A model generated the notes under the pieces. It worked only from the letters and a program-made list of their open reading frames with translations. It had not been told where the DNA came from and did no database searches. Positions 30,019 to 40,632 of a stretch of DNA of 64,000 bases are shown piece after piece. Location: IMG/VR virus record IMGVR_UViG_3300029705_000102, one strand, 5' to 3'. Position numbers and translations under genes: made by a program. Within the stretch, counting starts at the first letter, position 1. The number at the start of each line of letters is the position of its first letter. Origin of the DNA: an uncultured virus (IMG/VR IMGVR_UViG_3300029705_000102) (taxonomy: Duplodnaviria; Heunggongvirae; Uroviricota; Caudoviricetes).

Positions 30019-30510
30019 TTAGTTATTGATATAAACCGTTCCTGTAATAGGATAAGAAGAAGTGATAGATACTGTAACAGATCCATTAGCGCATGTTGCA
30101 GTAGATGCAGTACAAAGATCTGCCATAGTAAGATCAGGAATAAATATGGCTTTATCTGATGCAAGAATTCTAGCATCATCGATAGTAATAGATCCACCAG
30201 CTTCAATATAAACGTTTACGAAAGTAAATCTAGGACGACTACCAAATTGATGCCATGCATTATCTAGATAGATATACATACATCCGCTTTCAAGAATACA
30301 ATAAATCTTTCCGGGGATAGGAGTAAGTAGAGCTGTTCGTGCAGATTCAGTAGCAAGAATAATTGTATCATAACTAATCTGTTTACGTGTTTGCTCATTT
30401 ACGCTATCTACATAAAAGTTACCTGTATCCATGCAAAAGTAGATTGCCTCAGCTTCAAATGCTTTACTGGCCAATGAAGCTTCCATAGGCACATCATAAA
30501 ACTTAAACAT
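30019..30510 (-). CDS. Hypothetical virion-associated protein
   Basis: AIYFCMDTGNFY and GKIYCILESG short modules like those in neighbouring fibre-like genes. Confidence 0.7.
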   Translation of the reverse strand: MFKFYDVPMEASLASKAFEAEAIYFCMDTGNFYVDSVNEQTRKQISYDTIILATESARTALLTPIPGKIYCILESGCMYIYLDNAWHQFGSRPRFTFVNVYIEAGGSITIDDARILASDKAIFIPDLTMADLCTASTATCANGSVTVSITSSYPITGTVYINN

Positions 30511-30616
30511 AAATGGTACCACCTTTCTTAAAATTATTTAATATAATGTGAATAAAAATAAAAACTAAGAAGAGGCCACGAAGGACCTCTTCTCGTTTAT
30601 TTTTAAGAAACTTCTA

Positions 30617-32257
30617 TTAGAACGAAGTCTTCCAAGTAAGAGCTGCAACAGTAGCCTTCTCGGAAACAACCTTCTCATCAGAAGCAGCTGCAACAGTAGT
30701 AGCCATAGCACCATTTGCAACAACATTGGTCTTAGCAACAGCATAAGCCTCAGTATATGCAACAACACCAGCCTCGGTTGCAACGGTATTAGCATTGGGA
30801 GCAGCGCCAAAAGTAGCACCACCGATAGCCTTACCAGAGAGAGAAGCTCCGCCATCAGCAGCAGCAATAAGAATCTGGCCAGCATTGCCAGTAGCAACCT
30901 TAGCCATCTTGCCATCAATAGAAGTCTGGAGAGCAGATCTAATCTGTTCAACCTCGTTATCGGTTGCATAATCACTAAGAGACTCATTAATAGCAGCGAT
31001 ATCCTCAGCATTCTTATCAGCCTTGTCCTCTACAGCCCCAACACTTTCAACAACACCATCGATACGCTGGCCAAGAGCCGTATCAGCATTCTCAAGCGTA
31101 GTCTTAGCAGCTGCAAGAGCACCAGCAGCCGTAGCTTCAGCAGCACTCTGAGCAGCAGAAGCCTTCTCTTCAGCATACTTCTTAGCACCATAAATGGTAT
31201 CTGCAGAAGAAGCATTTCCGGAAACACCAATTACTGCTGCCTTAGCAGTATCGGTATAGCCCTTAGCCTCAGTAAGCTTATTACCAGCATCGGTCTTGGT
31301 CTCATAGGTATTAGCATCAGTTGCAGCCTGAGCAGCAATCTTAGCTGCAACAGAACCAGCAGTCTCTGCATCGCCATTAAGAGTTGCAAGCGCCTTAGTA
31401 TTAGCATCTACCTCACCAACAAGCTCAGTAAACTCAGAACCATGCTCTGCAGCATAATCGATAAGCTCCTTGTAGGTATTAACAGTTCCATCATCGCTAA
31501 GCTTAGTAGCAAAGTCATTAAGAGCATCTGCTACCTTCTTATCAACAGAACCTTCAGTAGAAGAATTACCATTAAGGACTGCAATAGCATTGGTGTTAGC
31601 ACTTACTGCAGCATCATTGGCAGTCTTATAATCGCCAAGCTCTTCAGAAACAGCCTGAACCTCAGTCTTAAGAGCATGATTGGGAGCATCAGCTTCAAGA
31701 GCACCTACACGATTCTGAAGATCGGAATCATCATAAGTAGCAGCTTCCTGAGCATCTGCAATCATCTGAACAACAGTCTTGCCATCGGTTACGGTACCGA
31801 TAGAATCGGTAATAGCCTTATCTGCAGCTTCGCGTGCCGACTTCTCACCAGCAACAGCATTCTCAGCCGCAGTCTTATTAGCAGCAACAGTCTGCTCAAG
31901 AGCAGTTACATTAGCCTGAGCCTTTGCAACTTCAGTAGCAACATAGTCAGCAACGGCCTTACCGGAAACAGGATCAGCACCATCGGCAGTTACTGTAGCT
32001 GCAACACCTCTGATAACCTGAGTCCATCCGGAGGTTCCATAAACATGACCAGCAAGAGTAGACTTGATCACGTAGAGTTTACCATAGGCACCAGTATCGG
32101 GCAGGCTATCAACAAGAATAACTGCCTCGGTAAACGGAACAGTACCACGATAAATCTCCTTAGTATCACTGATAAATACAAGCATGTCATCCGTTACTTT
32201 GCCAGCAGAAACTGCAGCATCAAAAACGGATCTTGTGACAAAATACCAGTTAAGCAT
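30617..32257 (-). CDS. Fibre/whisker-like structural protein (Ala-rich coiled coil)
   Basis: AGGAGG RBS; repeated LNG...GSV; N-terminal domain shared with 34038-36011 and C-terminus shared with 32418-34019. Confidence 0.7.
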   Translation of the reverse strand: MLNWYFVTRSVFDAAVSAGKVTDDMLVFISDTKEIYRGTVPFTEAVILVDSLPDTGAYGKLYVIKSTLAGHVYGTSGWTQVIRGVAATVTADGADPVSGKAVADYVATEVAKAQANVTALEQTVAANKTAAENAVAGEKSAREAADKAITDSIGTVTDGKTVVQMIADAQEAATYDDSDLQNRVGALEADAPNHALKTEVQAVSEELGDYKTANDAAVSANTNAIAVLNGNSSTEGSVDKKVADALNDFATKLSDDGTVNTYKELIDYAAEHGSEFTELVGEVDANTKALATLNGDAETAGSVAAKIAAQAATDANTYETKTDAGNKLTEAKGYTDTAKAAVIGVSGNASSADTIYGAKKYAEEKASAAQSAAEATAAGALAAAKTTLENADTALGQRIDGVVESVGAVEDKADKNAEDIAAINESLSDYATDNEVEQIRSALQTSIDGKMAKVATGNAGQILIAAADGGASLSGKAIGGATFGAAPNANTVATEAGVVAYTEAYAVAKTNVVANGAMATTVAAASDEKVVSEKATVAALTWKTSF

Positions 32258-32417
32258 AAGAAAAATTCCTCCTATAAAAATATTTTTATTTAAATTTTGC
32301 TTATACAAGATAAGTCAAATTTTACTACTATGTTGACTTACCTTAATGAATTTGGGCTTTTGGACTTTAAAAAAGGCTAGAGAACCAAAGTAGCTCTCTA
32401 GCCTAAATTAGTTTAAA

Positions 32418-34019
32418 TTACATCGTGGTCTTCCAAGTAAAGAGTTCCATAATGGTCTTCTCGGAAACAACCTTCTCACCAGAAGCTTCATCAACAGTAG
32501 CTGCAAGTCCGGACTGATCAGCAACTACATTTGCCTTAGCAACTGCATTGTCATCAGTATATTCCTTTGCAGCTGCTTCAGCAGCCTGCTGAGTTGCCGT
32601 AAGCTGAGTATCAAGGCCAGTAACCTTGGTATAATCAACAGCCGAAACGGATGCTACACCCTCGTCGTTAGTAATGATAGAAGCACCATCGGGCTTAATA
32701 CCACCAAGCTGGTTAACCTTAGCAGCCGGAAGCTCATATACTTTAACTTTGTCATTATCTACAGCCACATATCCATTGTCACTAGAAACAACAGACTGAA
32801 CTGCAGTATCGGCAAGAGCACCCTGAGCAGCGGTAGCAAACTCTTCAACATTTTTCGATGCAGCCGTACCGAGACCCTCAATTGCTTCTTCAGTAGCATC
32901 AAGACGATCAGAAAGATCCTTTTCAGCAGCAAGAGCACGAGTTTCTTCGGCAGCAACAGCTTCTGCAATATAAGCAATAACAGTAGTAGCAGTTACACCC
33001 TCGGGAAGAGCATCGCCAAGAAGAGTACGAAGAGCACTAATATCAGTCTTGTTCTGCTGGATCTGATTATCCATAGCAATGACATCATCAGAATGCTCAT
33101 TAGCCCATTCGACAAGCTCAGTAAGAGAGTCAATAGTCTCTGCTGTACCATCACCTACAAGAGCAGTAAGAATCTTATTTACAGTATGGGTCACAGATCC
33201 CTCGGTTTCAGCATTGCCATTAAGAACTGCAATATCAGCAGTATTCTTAGCAATCTTTCCATCAAGAGCGGTATCTGCAGCCTTACGCTCAGCAACCTCA
33301 GTATCAAGATTTGCTTTAGCTTCAGCCTTATTATCGGTAACAGCCTTAGCAAGATTATCAACACTGGTCTGAACGCCAGAAACGATCGAAGTAAGTCCTT
33401 CAACAGTCGTAGAGGAAGGCTCATACCAAGCAAGTTCGTAACCATCGCCAGAAGCAGAAGCTACGACCTTAGGCTCAAGACCAGTCTTCCAACCAGTTGT
33501 AAGAACATGCTTAGCCTCAGTATTAGGAGTGAAGCTAGCATCAACAGCAGTCCAAGTAGAACCGCTAAACATATAGTACGTCTCACCAACGAGAGCATAC
33601 TCTCCAGCATTAACGCCGGATGTAGGAAGCTCGTCTGCCGTAGCAAACTCACCTTCGATAACTACATCTACGGGGATATATGCATAATACTCTTTACCAA
33701 AAGCCTTAAGGCTAAGAACGCCATTATCGCCAAGGGTAATAGTCTTATTATCTCCAAGAGTAGCGGAACCAACTTCCTTAAGAGTATTGTCAGTCTGAAT
33801 GAGGTAGGTAGTGACAACATCATTCTCTACAACATAAAGCTGCTGACCATAGAAATATACAGATTCGGTAGAACCTGCAGGCTTAGCACTCTGAGCAGCA
33901 ACATGTGCAGCATCATAAGAACCGAAGTAAACTCTCGCATCAAGCGGGAATGCAGCATCGGGGCTAAGAGCAACAGCATAGCTCAGAATATTAGCAATTT
34001 GTTCATAACTGTATGCCAT
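32418..34019 (-). CDS. Fibre-like structural protein
   Basis: FPLDAR N-terminal module; coiled coils; LGGIK; C-terminal EKVVSEK...TWKT. Confidence 0.7.
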   Translation of the reverse strand: MAYSYEQIANILSYAVALSPDAAFPLDARVYFGSYDAAHVAAQSAKPAGSTESVYFYGQQLYVVENDVVTTYLIQTDNTLKEVGSATLGDNKTITLGDNGVLSLKAFGKEYYAYIPVDVVIEGEFATADELPTSGVNAGEYALVGETYYMFSGSTWTAVDASFTPNTEAKHVLTTGWKTGLEPKVVASASGDGYELAWYEPSSTTVEGLTSIVSGVQTSVDNLAKAVTDNKAEAKANLDTEVAERKAADTALDGKIAKNTADIAVLNGNAETEGSVTHTVNKILTALVGDGTAETIDSLTELVEWANEHSDDVIAMDNQIQQNKTDISALRTLLGDALPEGVTATTVIAYIAEAVAAEETRALAAEKDLSDRLDATEEAIEGLGTAASKNVEEFATAAQGALADTAVQSVVSSDNGYVAVDNDKVKVYELPAAKVNQLGGIKPDGASIITNDEGVASVSAVDYTKVTGLDTQLTATQQAAEAAAKEYTDDNAVAKANVVADQSGLAATVDEASGEKVVSEKTIMELFTWKTTM

Positions 34020-34037
34020 TATATTCTACCTCCTTCC

Positions 34038-36011
34038 TTAAATAGTAACCTTATAGGTATTAGCTGCAGTAACGGCTTCAGCCCAATCCTTAACAAATAC
34101 CTTATAAGCTTTAGCTTCATAACCATTTGCACCCTCAACATCAATCTGCATAAGAGTGAAAGCAGTATTAATCTGCGCATCAGACGCATTAGCATCCTTA
34201 ACAGAAGAGAGCTGATTAAGAGAAGTTGCATCAGCAGGATATGCGATAACAGCTCTCATACAGCCAACGGGAATAGGCATATTAAATGCGCTTCCAGCAG
34301 CCACAGCCTTACCGGTCTTCGTCAAGCTACGAATAAGAGCAGACGTAAGATCGGTTTTGCTAGTAAATGTACCATAGAAGCAGTTACGATATGCCGTAAT
34401 AGCAGCAGTAGTCTTAGACTTAGATCCAGCAGCAATACCGGCCTTAGAACAAGCTTTCTTAAAGTTTGTTGCAGGGGTATATGCGGATGCATCATAGGAA
34501 GCTTCTGCAGTAACCTTGTAGTTAATACCATCGGTAACCTCGATAGTACCGAAGTCTGCCGTATTGCCATCAGTAAATTCAGTACCCTTAGTATCGGAGA
34601 TCTTCCAAGACTTAGCAGCAATGCCAGCCGAAGTAGAAGCTTCGAACTTGCCATCTCCATCGATTCTACCGTACTGATAGGTACCAGCACTAAGTGCAGC
34701 AGTTACAGCCACAGCAACTTCCGTACCAGCCTCATAAGCCTTGAACTCACTATCGGAGCTACTAGAGAAACTTACAGCAGGCTGAGTAACATCAGGATCA
34801 GTATCTTCCTTTGCAGTAAGCTGATTGAGTGCCGTAGCAATATCAGTACCAGCATTTGCAATAGTAGCCTGACCATTAGTCAGCGTCTGATGAACACCGA
34901 TTTTGCTAGTGGTAATCCAATCTGCAGGCAGAATGATCTTGCTAGCATCATAATCGGAATCAAATGCCTTCCACTGTTCACCATCAAACTGATAAACAGT
35001 CTTCTGAACCTTCCCGGTTGTTCCGATAGGCTCAGATACGATAGCCACATCTCCCTTAACAGGAGTATGACCAGTTACGGCCTCTTCCAGAGAAGCGCCT
35101 TCATAAACGCTAGTATTAGGAATGAGGTCTTCAAACTTCTTGCCAGAATCAACAACATTACCTTCAGCATCAAGAATAGCGATATCGCCATCAACAGCAT
35201 CGGCAACCTTATCCATCTTGCCAGAAATATCAATAGGAGCTACATAGAGACCATTTTCATCGCAAGTAATCAGGTTTCCAGCAGCAGTCGAAATCTTGAT
35301 AGAGCCCTTAATAACGCTTCCTTCAACAGTAAGGCTAAGTGCCTTTCCATCACCCTCAGCAGTATATGTGTCAACAAGATCTCCAACAGGAATGGTTACA
35401 GAGTCGGTCTTCTCAGCATCGAAATAGAGAACAATGTTCTTATTCTCAGCATCATATTCACCGGCAGTAACGAAACGCTCAAGATCGAGCGAAATAGGAT
35501 CGCCAATGGCATTTCCAGAAGCATCAGCAAGCTGAAGTTTGCCAGTAGCAGCCTCATAGGTAAGGGTTACACCAAGACCATCAAATACGATAGTTTCAGT
35601 ATCTTTATTACCCTTAGTTACGGTAAGGAGATGCTCAGCACTATCCCAAGACAGCGAGCTTACAACACCATCCGAACCAACAGCTTTAGCAATCTCTGCA
35701 GCGACAAAAGCAGCAACTGCCTTTGCAGATACAGGATTGGTACCATCTGCAGTAACATCATCTACAACGGGCTTAATTACAGTGGTCCACTTAGAACCAT
35801 CGTAAATACGACCCTCAAGAGTAGTGGAGTTAATATACAGACGATTTCTTGCAATACTGGTAGTAGGCAGTTCTGTATAAAGAACTACACTCTCAGTAAA
35901 CGGTTCAGCACCACGGTAAATCTCACGAGTATCGCTCAAGAAGTACATATGACCATCCTGAGGAGTACCGGCATGATACATAGCCGAGGTGACAATATGC
36001 CACATCATCAT
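34038..36011 (-). CDS. Structural protein with a beta-rich C-terminal region
   Basis: AAGGAGG RBS; strong codon bias; N-terminus paralogous to 30617-32257. Confidence 0.75.
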   Translation of the reverse strand: MMMWHIVTSAMYHAGTPQDGHMYFLSDTREIYRGAEPFTESVVLYTELPTTSIARNRLYINSTTLEGRIYDGSKWTTVIKPVVDDVTADGTNPVSAKAVAAFVAAEIAKAVGSDGVVSSLSWDSAEHLLTVTKGNKDTETIVFDGLGVTLTYEAATGKLQLADASGNAIGDPISLDLERFVTAGEYDAENKNIVLYFDAEKTDSVTIPVGDLVDTYTAEGDGKALSLTVEGSVIKGSIKISTAAGNLITCDENGLYVAPIDISGKMDKVADAVDGDIAILDAEGNVVDSGKKFEDLIPNTSVYEGASLEEAVTGHTPVKGDVAIVSEPIGTTGKVQKTVYQFDGEQWKAFDSDYDASKIILPADWITTSKIGVHQTLTNGQATIANAGTDIATALNQLTAKEDTDPDVTQPAVSFSSSSDSEFKAYEAGTEVAVAVTAALSAGTYQYGRIDGDGKFEASTSAGIAAKSWKISDTKGTEFTDGNTADFGTIEVTDGINYKVTAEASYDASAYTPATNFKKACSKAGIAAGSKSKTTAAITAYRNCFYGTFTSKTDLTSALIRSLTKTGKAVAAGSAFNMPIPVGCMRAVIAYPADATSLNQLSSVKDANASDAQINTAFTLMQIDVEGANGYEAKAYKVFVKDWAEAVTAANTYKVTI

Positions 36012-36186
36012 AAGAGTATAAATCCTCCTTATTATAAGATTTTAAAGCTAATTACTAGGAACCCAAATCCCTAATATTAAACCTTTACTTAATTTGTTCG
36101 ATCTGAAAATTCTATCAGATCTTATATTTTAGCATTTCACTGATGCAATAAAAGAGGGGCAGAATTATAAATTCTGCCCCAGTATA

Positions 36187-37275
36187 TTACATACCATCCG
36201 ACCAGGAAGAAGATGCTTTAAGATCTTCAACATCTTGCTCAAGCACAGTAACAGTCTGATGAATAATTACAGTATCACCATTTTTAGCAAACCATTCTTC
36301 CTCAGTACCTTCAAATCCATGCTCTAGTGCAAGCTCATATGCACTTTTTCCGTCAGCACCTCTAAGAGAATTTAACCATTCTTGGACAGTGCCCTCAAAG
36401 CCATTATCGCAGGCTAGTTCATAGGCACTTTTTCCATTAGTTCCTCTAAGAGAAGCAAGCCATTCAGCTTCTGTACCTTCAAATCCATGCTCTACGTCAA
36501 GTTCATAGGCACTCTTTCCAGGATTGCCATCTTCTCCAGGTTCACCCTTAAGAGATTCAAGCCATTCCTCTTCAGTACCTTCAAATCCATGATCACAAGC
36601 AATCTGGTATGCGCTCTTACCATCTTTTCCAGGAGCTCCAGAGCCTCCACCCTCTCCACCTCCATGGAGAGATTCAAGCCACTCTTCTACAGTCCCTTCA
36701 AAGCCATAATCGCAAGCAATTTCATAAGCACTCTTTCCAGGAGCACCCTTAAGAGATTCAAGCCACTCTTCTTCAGTGCCTTCAAATCCATTATTCACAG
36801 CAATCTGATAAGCACTAAATCCAGGAGTTCCTTGGCACTCTTTTACCCAATCTTCACGAGTTCCTTCATAACCGCATTCGACGGCGATCTCATAATTATC
36901 TTTTCCAGGATAGCCTCTCATAGACTCTAGCCAATCAGTTACAGTTCCAACAAATCCATGTTGGAGAGCAATCTGATAAGCATCATTTGGTGTCACATCC
37001 TTAATATACTGAATCTGATGGAAATAGATTCTTTCTTTACGACTAGAATTGTCCTCAGACCAGTCAAACAGTACATAGCTATTATGGGGCATAGCTCTAT
37101 TTTGTACTACATTAACAATCTTACCCGTACGGTTAATGCTCTTACCATTAGAAATGTAGTATATATCATAAATACCATCATCTGTAACAACGAGATTTTC
37201 AACCATACCATTTCCAAGAGTTACACAAATTCTGTAAATCTTTTTATCTACACATTCGGCAGAAATAATAGGCAT
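36187..37275 (-). CDS. Structural protein with eight GKSAYExA...GFEGTEEEWLxSL repeats
   Basis: About 28-aa repeats typical of collagen-associated phage tail proteins; late-type promoter at 37305-37317. Confidence 0.85.
   Translation of the reverse strand: MPIISAECVDKKIYRICVTLGNGMVENLVVTDDGIYDIYYISNGKSINRTGKIVNVVQNRAMPHNSYVLFDWSEDNSSRKERIYFHQIQYIKDVTPNDAYQIALQHGFVGTVTDWLESMRGYPGKDNYEIAVECGYEGTREDWVKECQGTPGFSAYQIAVNNGFEGTEEEWLESLKGAPGKSAYEIACDYGFEGTVEEWLESLHGGGEGGGSGAPGKDGKSAYQIACDHGFEGTEEEWLESLKGEPGEDGNPGKSAYELDVEHGFEGTEAEWLASLRGTNGKSAYELACDNGFEGTVQEWLNSLRGADGKSAYELALEHGFEGTEEEWFAKNGDTVIIHQTVTVLEQDVEDLKASSSWSDGM
36277..36984 (-). repeat. Eight degenerate coding repeats of about 84 bp
   Basis: Repeated GxSAY(E/Q)xA xxx GFEGT xEEW units in the translation. 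Confidence 0.9.
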
Positions 37276-37367
37276 ATCTAATCTACCTCCTTAATTTATA
37301 TCGATTATTAAATAGTTACAAAAGGCAAACCCCTATGCCCGAAAGCATAGGGGTTATTTAAGGCATT

Positions 37368-38492
37368 TTATCCAATGCCTAGATAGAACTTGACTAGATC
37401 ATCAAGTGATAGATCGGTCTTAGAACCATTAACTACTAGTGATACATTATCGCCATTAATAATAGCTTTAGACCCATCTTCATACTTATATTCAAACTTC
37501 TGATTCTTATCGCAGCATTCACAGCAATTCGGTTCAGAAGTATCTTCAATAACTCCTTCTCCATTCTCTGAAGGAGAATATACAGTACTGCATCCTCTAA
37601 TCTGATCAAGCATAATGGTTTCATATCTACCTTCAAAGGTATCAGAAGTATCCATTACAATTTTCACAGGAGGTGCTGGAGGTTGTTTCATGAAATCATG
37701 CTTTGTTGTACAGCAATCATCCTCATAACCAGCATATACAGAATTCTTTGCTCCAATATTTTCTCTAACTACGGTAGGACCGTGATGATGAGGAGCATGA
37801 TCTGGATGAGGGAGCTCAGTGATTTCAGCAATCTTTGCCCTTACCTCAAATATAGTACCATTTCTAGACATGTATGTAATATCATAAATACCATCTTTTT
37901 CAAGATTTACGTATTTAACAGCATTCTCAATACTGTCATCGAAGAACTCTAGATGAATAACAATGGCCTTAACCATTGTAGCAGAAATTCCAAGTAACAA
38001 AACTTTTGTTCCTCCTTTTGGTTTTTTATTTTGACCATTGTCACTGAGTATGTAAGATACATCTATCAAATTGGCCAGCGGAATAAAGATAATTTCAGTC
38101 TCATTATACTTACTTGTATCAGGTGGATTAAGAACACAATTACAAGTAGGCATAGGAGGCTGATTAGTTTTCATGAATAAATGATAATCTTTGCAATTAT
38201 GCTTTTTATCGCATGAATTGCAGTTTGGCTTCTTTTTATCACTATTATGAATTGTCTTTACCTTAATTTGATCTGTAAATACGTCTAATACTAAACCAGT
38301 AATAGAACGCCTAGATCCAGTAGAAGCATCATAAAATGTAAAGTTATATTCCATATTAGTAAATACCTTTACATCTTTCATTTTTGCCCCTAAATCATTA
38401 GAAATAGTTACGTTTAAATAGGAAAGCAGCTCAGCGTTTGTTAGCCTTGTTTGAATGAAGCTTCTTTCCAGACTGTACGTTTGTCGTCCCAT
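37368..38492 (-). CDS. Hypothetical Cys/His-rich protein
   Basis: AAGGAGG RBS before MGRQTYS; GIYDITY domain resembles GIYDIYY in the neighbouring gene. Confidence 0.8.
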   Translation of the reverse strand: MGRQTYSLERSFIQTRLTNAELLSYLNVTISNDLGAKMKDVKVFTNMEYNFTFYDASTGSRRSITGLVLDVFTDQIKVKTIHNSDKKKPNCNSCDKKHNCKDYHLFMKTNQPPMPTCNCVLNPPDTSKYNETEIIFIPLANLIDVSYILSDNGQNKKPKGGTKVLLLGISATMVKAIVIHLEFFDDSIENAVKYVNLEKDGIYDITYMSRNGTIFEVRAKIAEITELPHPDHAPHHHGPTVVRENIGAKNSVYAGYEDDCCTTKHDFMKQPPAPPVKIVMDTSDTFEGRYETIMLDQIRGCSTVYSPSENGEGVIEDTSEPNCCECCDKNQKFEYKYEDGSKAIINGDNVSLVVNGSKTDLSLDDLVKFYLGIG

Positions 38493-39690
38493 AGAATTCG
38501 GCCTCCTTATTACGTATAAATGCAATCATATCGCAAATATTATTAATAAGTTCAACGCTAAAGTCTGTTTTAGCTTCCTGAGTAAGTCTGAGGACGGCAA
38601 TATTCTTAACCAGATAATACATATATGCTGCATCGATTACATCATCAGGGTTAAGACCTCTAGTTGTAATAGTAATAAGAATACAGAATTTCTTAATGTC
38701 TACTTCTGTAACTTTAAGATCTCTAATTTTATTATAAAGATCTACATTTGTTACAAATTCTTCTGCATTCAATACATTAATTGCAGCAGCATCATCAATA
38801 AGAATCTTTCTAAGAGCAATGGGCATTTCTTTTGCATCTGTCATTTTAAATTGAGATTTAGAGTTGCAATAATTGTAATTATCAAGGCATCTCTTAAACT
38901 CGAGCTCATAACGACGAACAGCTTTTCTAGTATGACTAGAATTTTCAAAGCATTCCTTAGCATAAGAGAATGTATAAGATCTCTTAAATGCATCACGAAC
39001 TTTTTCAAGAGTTTCTGCCTTATCAGGAAATTCATCCTTAATTTTTTCGATCATTGCAGGAATACGAACTTCCATAGTTTCCCTTGTATGCTCGCTATAA
39101 AGGTCAGAAATGCTAGGCATATTCAGAGCTTCATCAATAGATTTCTGGAAGTCAATAAATGCCTGCTCAACATCTGCATCTTGAACGAATTCATTCATGA
39201 CAAATCTAGCCACATCTTCCTTTCTATTTACAGGAATATTGTTTGCGGCCATAAGAGCATCAATATTATCCTGGAAGAATTTAGGCAAATTATCATAAAC
39301 CTTATACTTACCATCTTTCATCTTAGTTACAACTTCAAGAATCTGGTACGTATCTTCATCAGAAATATTAAAATCTCCTTTGATTTTATCAACTGCACGA
39401 TTTCTAACAGCTTCTTCTACAGCCTCTTTATTATCAACATCAAAAATGCTTACATCAGCAGCAGGAAAATGATCGATTTCTTGAGCAATAAGATCAATTT
39501 CATTTTCTTCATTGAGAGTTGCATCGACAGTTTCGGCTTCAAGAGGCGCATCGGGATTTACAGTAGTTTCTTCAGCAATTTTGCGAATATCAACTACATC
39601 CTTATCTACAGAATCTTCTGCAGCTTTAGCAAGTTCATCAACCTGCTCATCTGTTAGGGTTGTGTTTTTAATTTCATTTGTGTTTTCCAT
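38431..39690 (-). CDS. Hypothetical protein with an acidic N-terminus
   Basis: AAGGAG RBS; 419-aa ORF. Confidence 0.85.
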   Translation of the reverse strand: MENTNEIKNTTLTDEQVDELAKAAEDSVDKDVVDIRKIAEETTVNPDAPLEAETVDATLNEENEIDLIAQEIDHFPAADVSIFDVDNKEAVEEAVRNRAVDKIKGDFNISDEDTYQILEVVTKMKDGKYKVYDNLPKFFQDNIDALMAANNIPVNRKEDVARFVMNEFVQDADVEQAFIDFQKSIDEALNMPSISDLYSEHTRETMEVRIPAMIEKIKDEFPDKAETLEKVRDAFKRSYTFSYAKECFENSSHTRKAVRRYELEFKRCLDNYNYCNSKSQFKMTDAKEMPIALRKILIDDAAAINVLNAEEFVTNVDLYNKIRDLKVTEVDIKKFCILITITTRGLNPDDVIDAAYMYYLVKNIAVLRLTQEAKTDFSVELINNICDMIAFIRNKEAEFYGTTNVQSGKKLHSNKANKR

Positions 39691-39702
39691 GTCATTTTCT
39701 CC

Positions 39703-40530
39703 TTAATTTTCAGAATCTGAAACTTCAGATGCCTGCATATTAGAATCTACATCAGCTGCTGTTATAGTCTGATCATGATGCATAGCTAGCTCTTGAAGCT
39801 TAAATCTAATACTAGTAATTACATCAGCTCTGATATCACTATGCAATATACTAATATAAGCTTTTTCAAAGAAATTAGAATTAGCAGAAACAATATTTAG
39901 GAAATATCTTTTCATTTCCGAATTGTTTCCGCAGATTAGAGAAATAATAAGATGGAAAGGCATTTCCATTCCACATACTTCTGTGATAACCTTATCAATA
40001 TTTGCATTGATAATTGCAAGCTTAATATCTTTATATACACGCTTGCTATAAATTGTGCTACTATCTTTATTCTTTTTAAGGTCAGTCAACCCAAGAGAAT
40101 CGTAAAGATAACTACGTTCACGATAAATAAAATTAGCGAAGAAAGATACCATATTATTGGTAAATTCGCATACCATCAAGTTATAAAGATGGAAAGCTGC
40201 AGAATAAAGATCGATATCAGGATCTATAGTAAAATTCAAATCAAATTCTCTACAAATAATATCAATGATTTCTTTATACGTCTCGTTTCTTACTCTAAGA
40301 ACTTCATCGCGACTATCTGCTCCATATCTTGCAATAATAGCCTTAAAGTTCTGCTCCCAAGCTCCTACGACATTTGGTTTTGTAAGTACATGGACTCCAG
40401 AAAACCTGCTTTTAAGAGCTTCATCGACAATAGTAAATACAAATTCTGAATTGTAATGAGACAATACATCTGCAAGTTCATTTTCTGTTGTAATATTAAA
40501 AGACTGCAGATTTGCATTAAAACTACTCAT
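39703..40530 (-). CDS. Hypothetical protein
   Basis: AAAGGAG RBS before MSSFNAN. Confidence 0.85.
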   Translation of the reverse strand: MSSFNANLQSFNITTENELADVLSHYNSEFVFTIVDEALKSRFSGVHVLTKPNVVGAWEQNFKAIIARYGADSRDEVLRVRNETYKEIIDIICREFDLNFTIDPDIDLYSAAFHLYNLMVCEFTNNMVSFFANFIYRERSYLYDSLGLTDLKKNKDSSTIYSKRVYKDIKLAIINANIDKVITEVCGMEMPFHLIISLICGNNSEMKRYFLNIVSANSNFFEKAYISILHSDIRADVITSIRFKLQELAMHHDQTITAADVDSNMQASEVSDSEN

Positions 40531-40632
40531 AAGTATGAAATCTCCTTTCATAAATTCTTATGTTTAAGTTCGCCTAAAAATAAAGATGAAAAAAAAATAA
40601 AGAGGAACGATATAATCGTTCCTCTTTTTAAT

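Noticed and set aside
33093..36074. 993-aa + strand ORF and similar long antisense ORFs (26731-27810, 31442-32293, 38455-39657, 48639-49976, 55061-55906, 60528-62267)
   Set aside because: They mirror strongly codon-biased real genes on the other strand, are Ser/Ile-rich and show no recognisable motifs.
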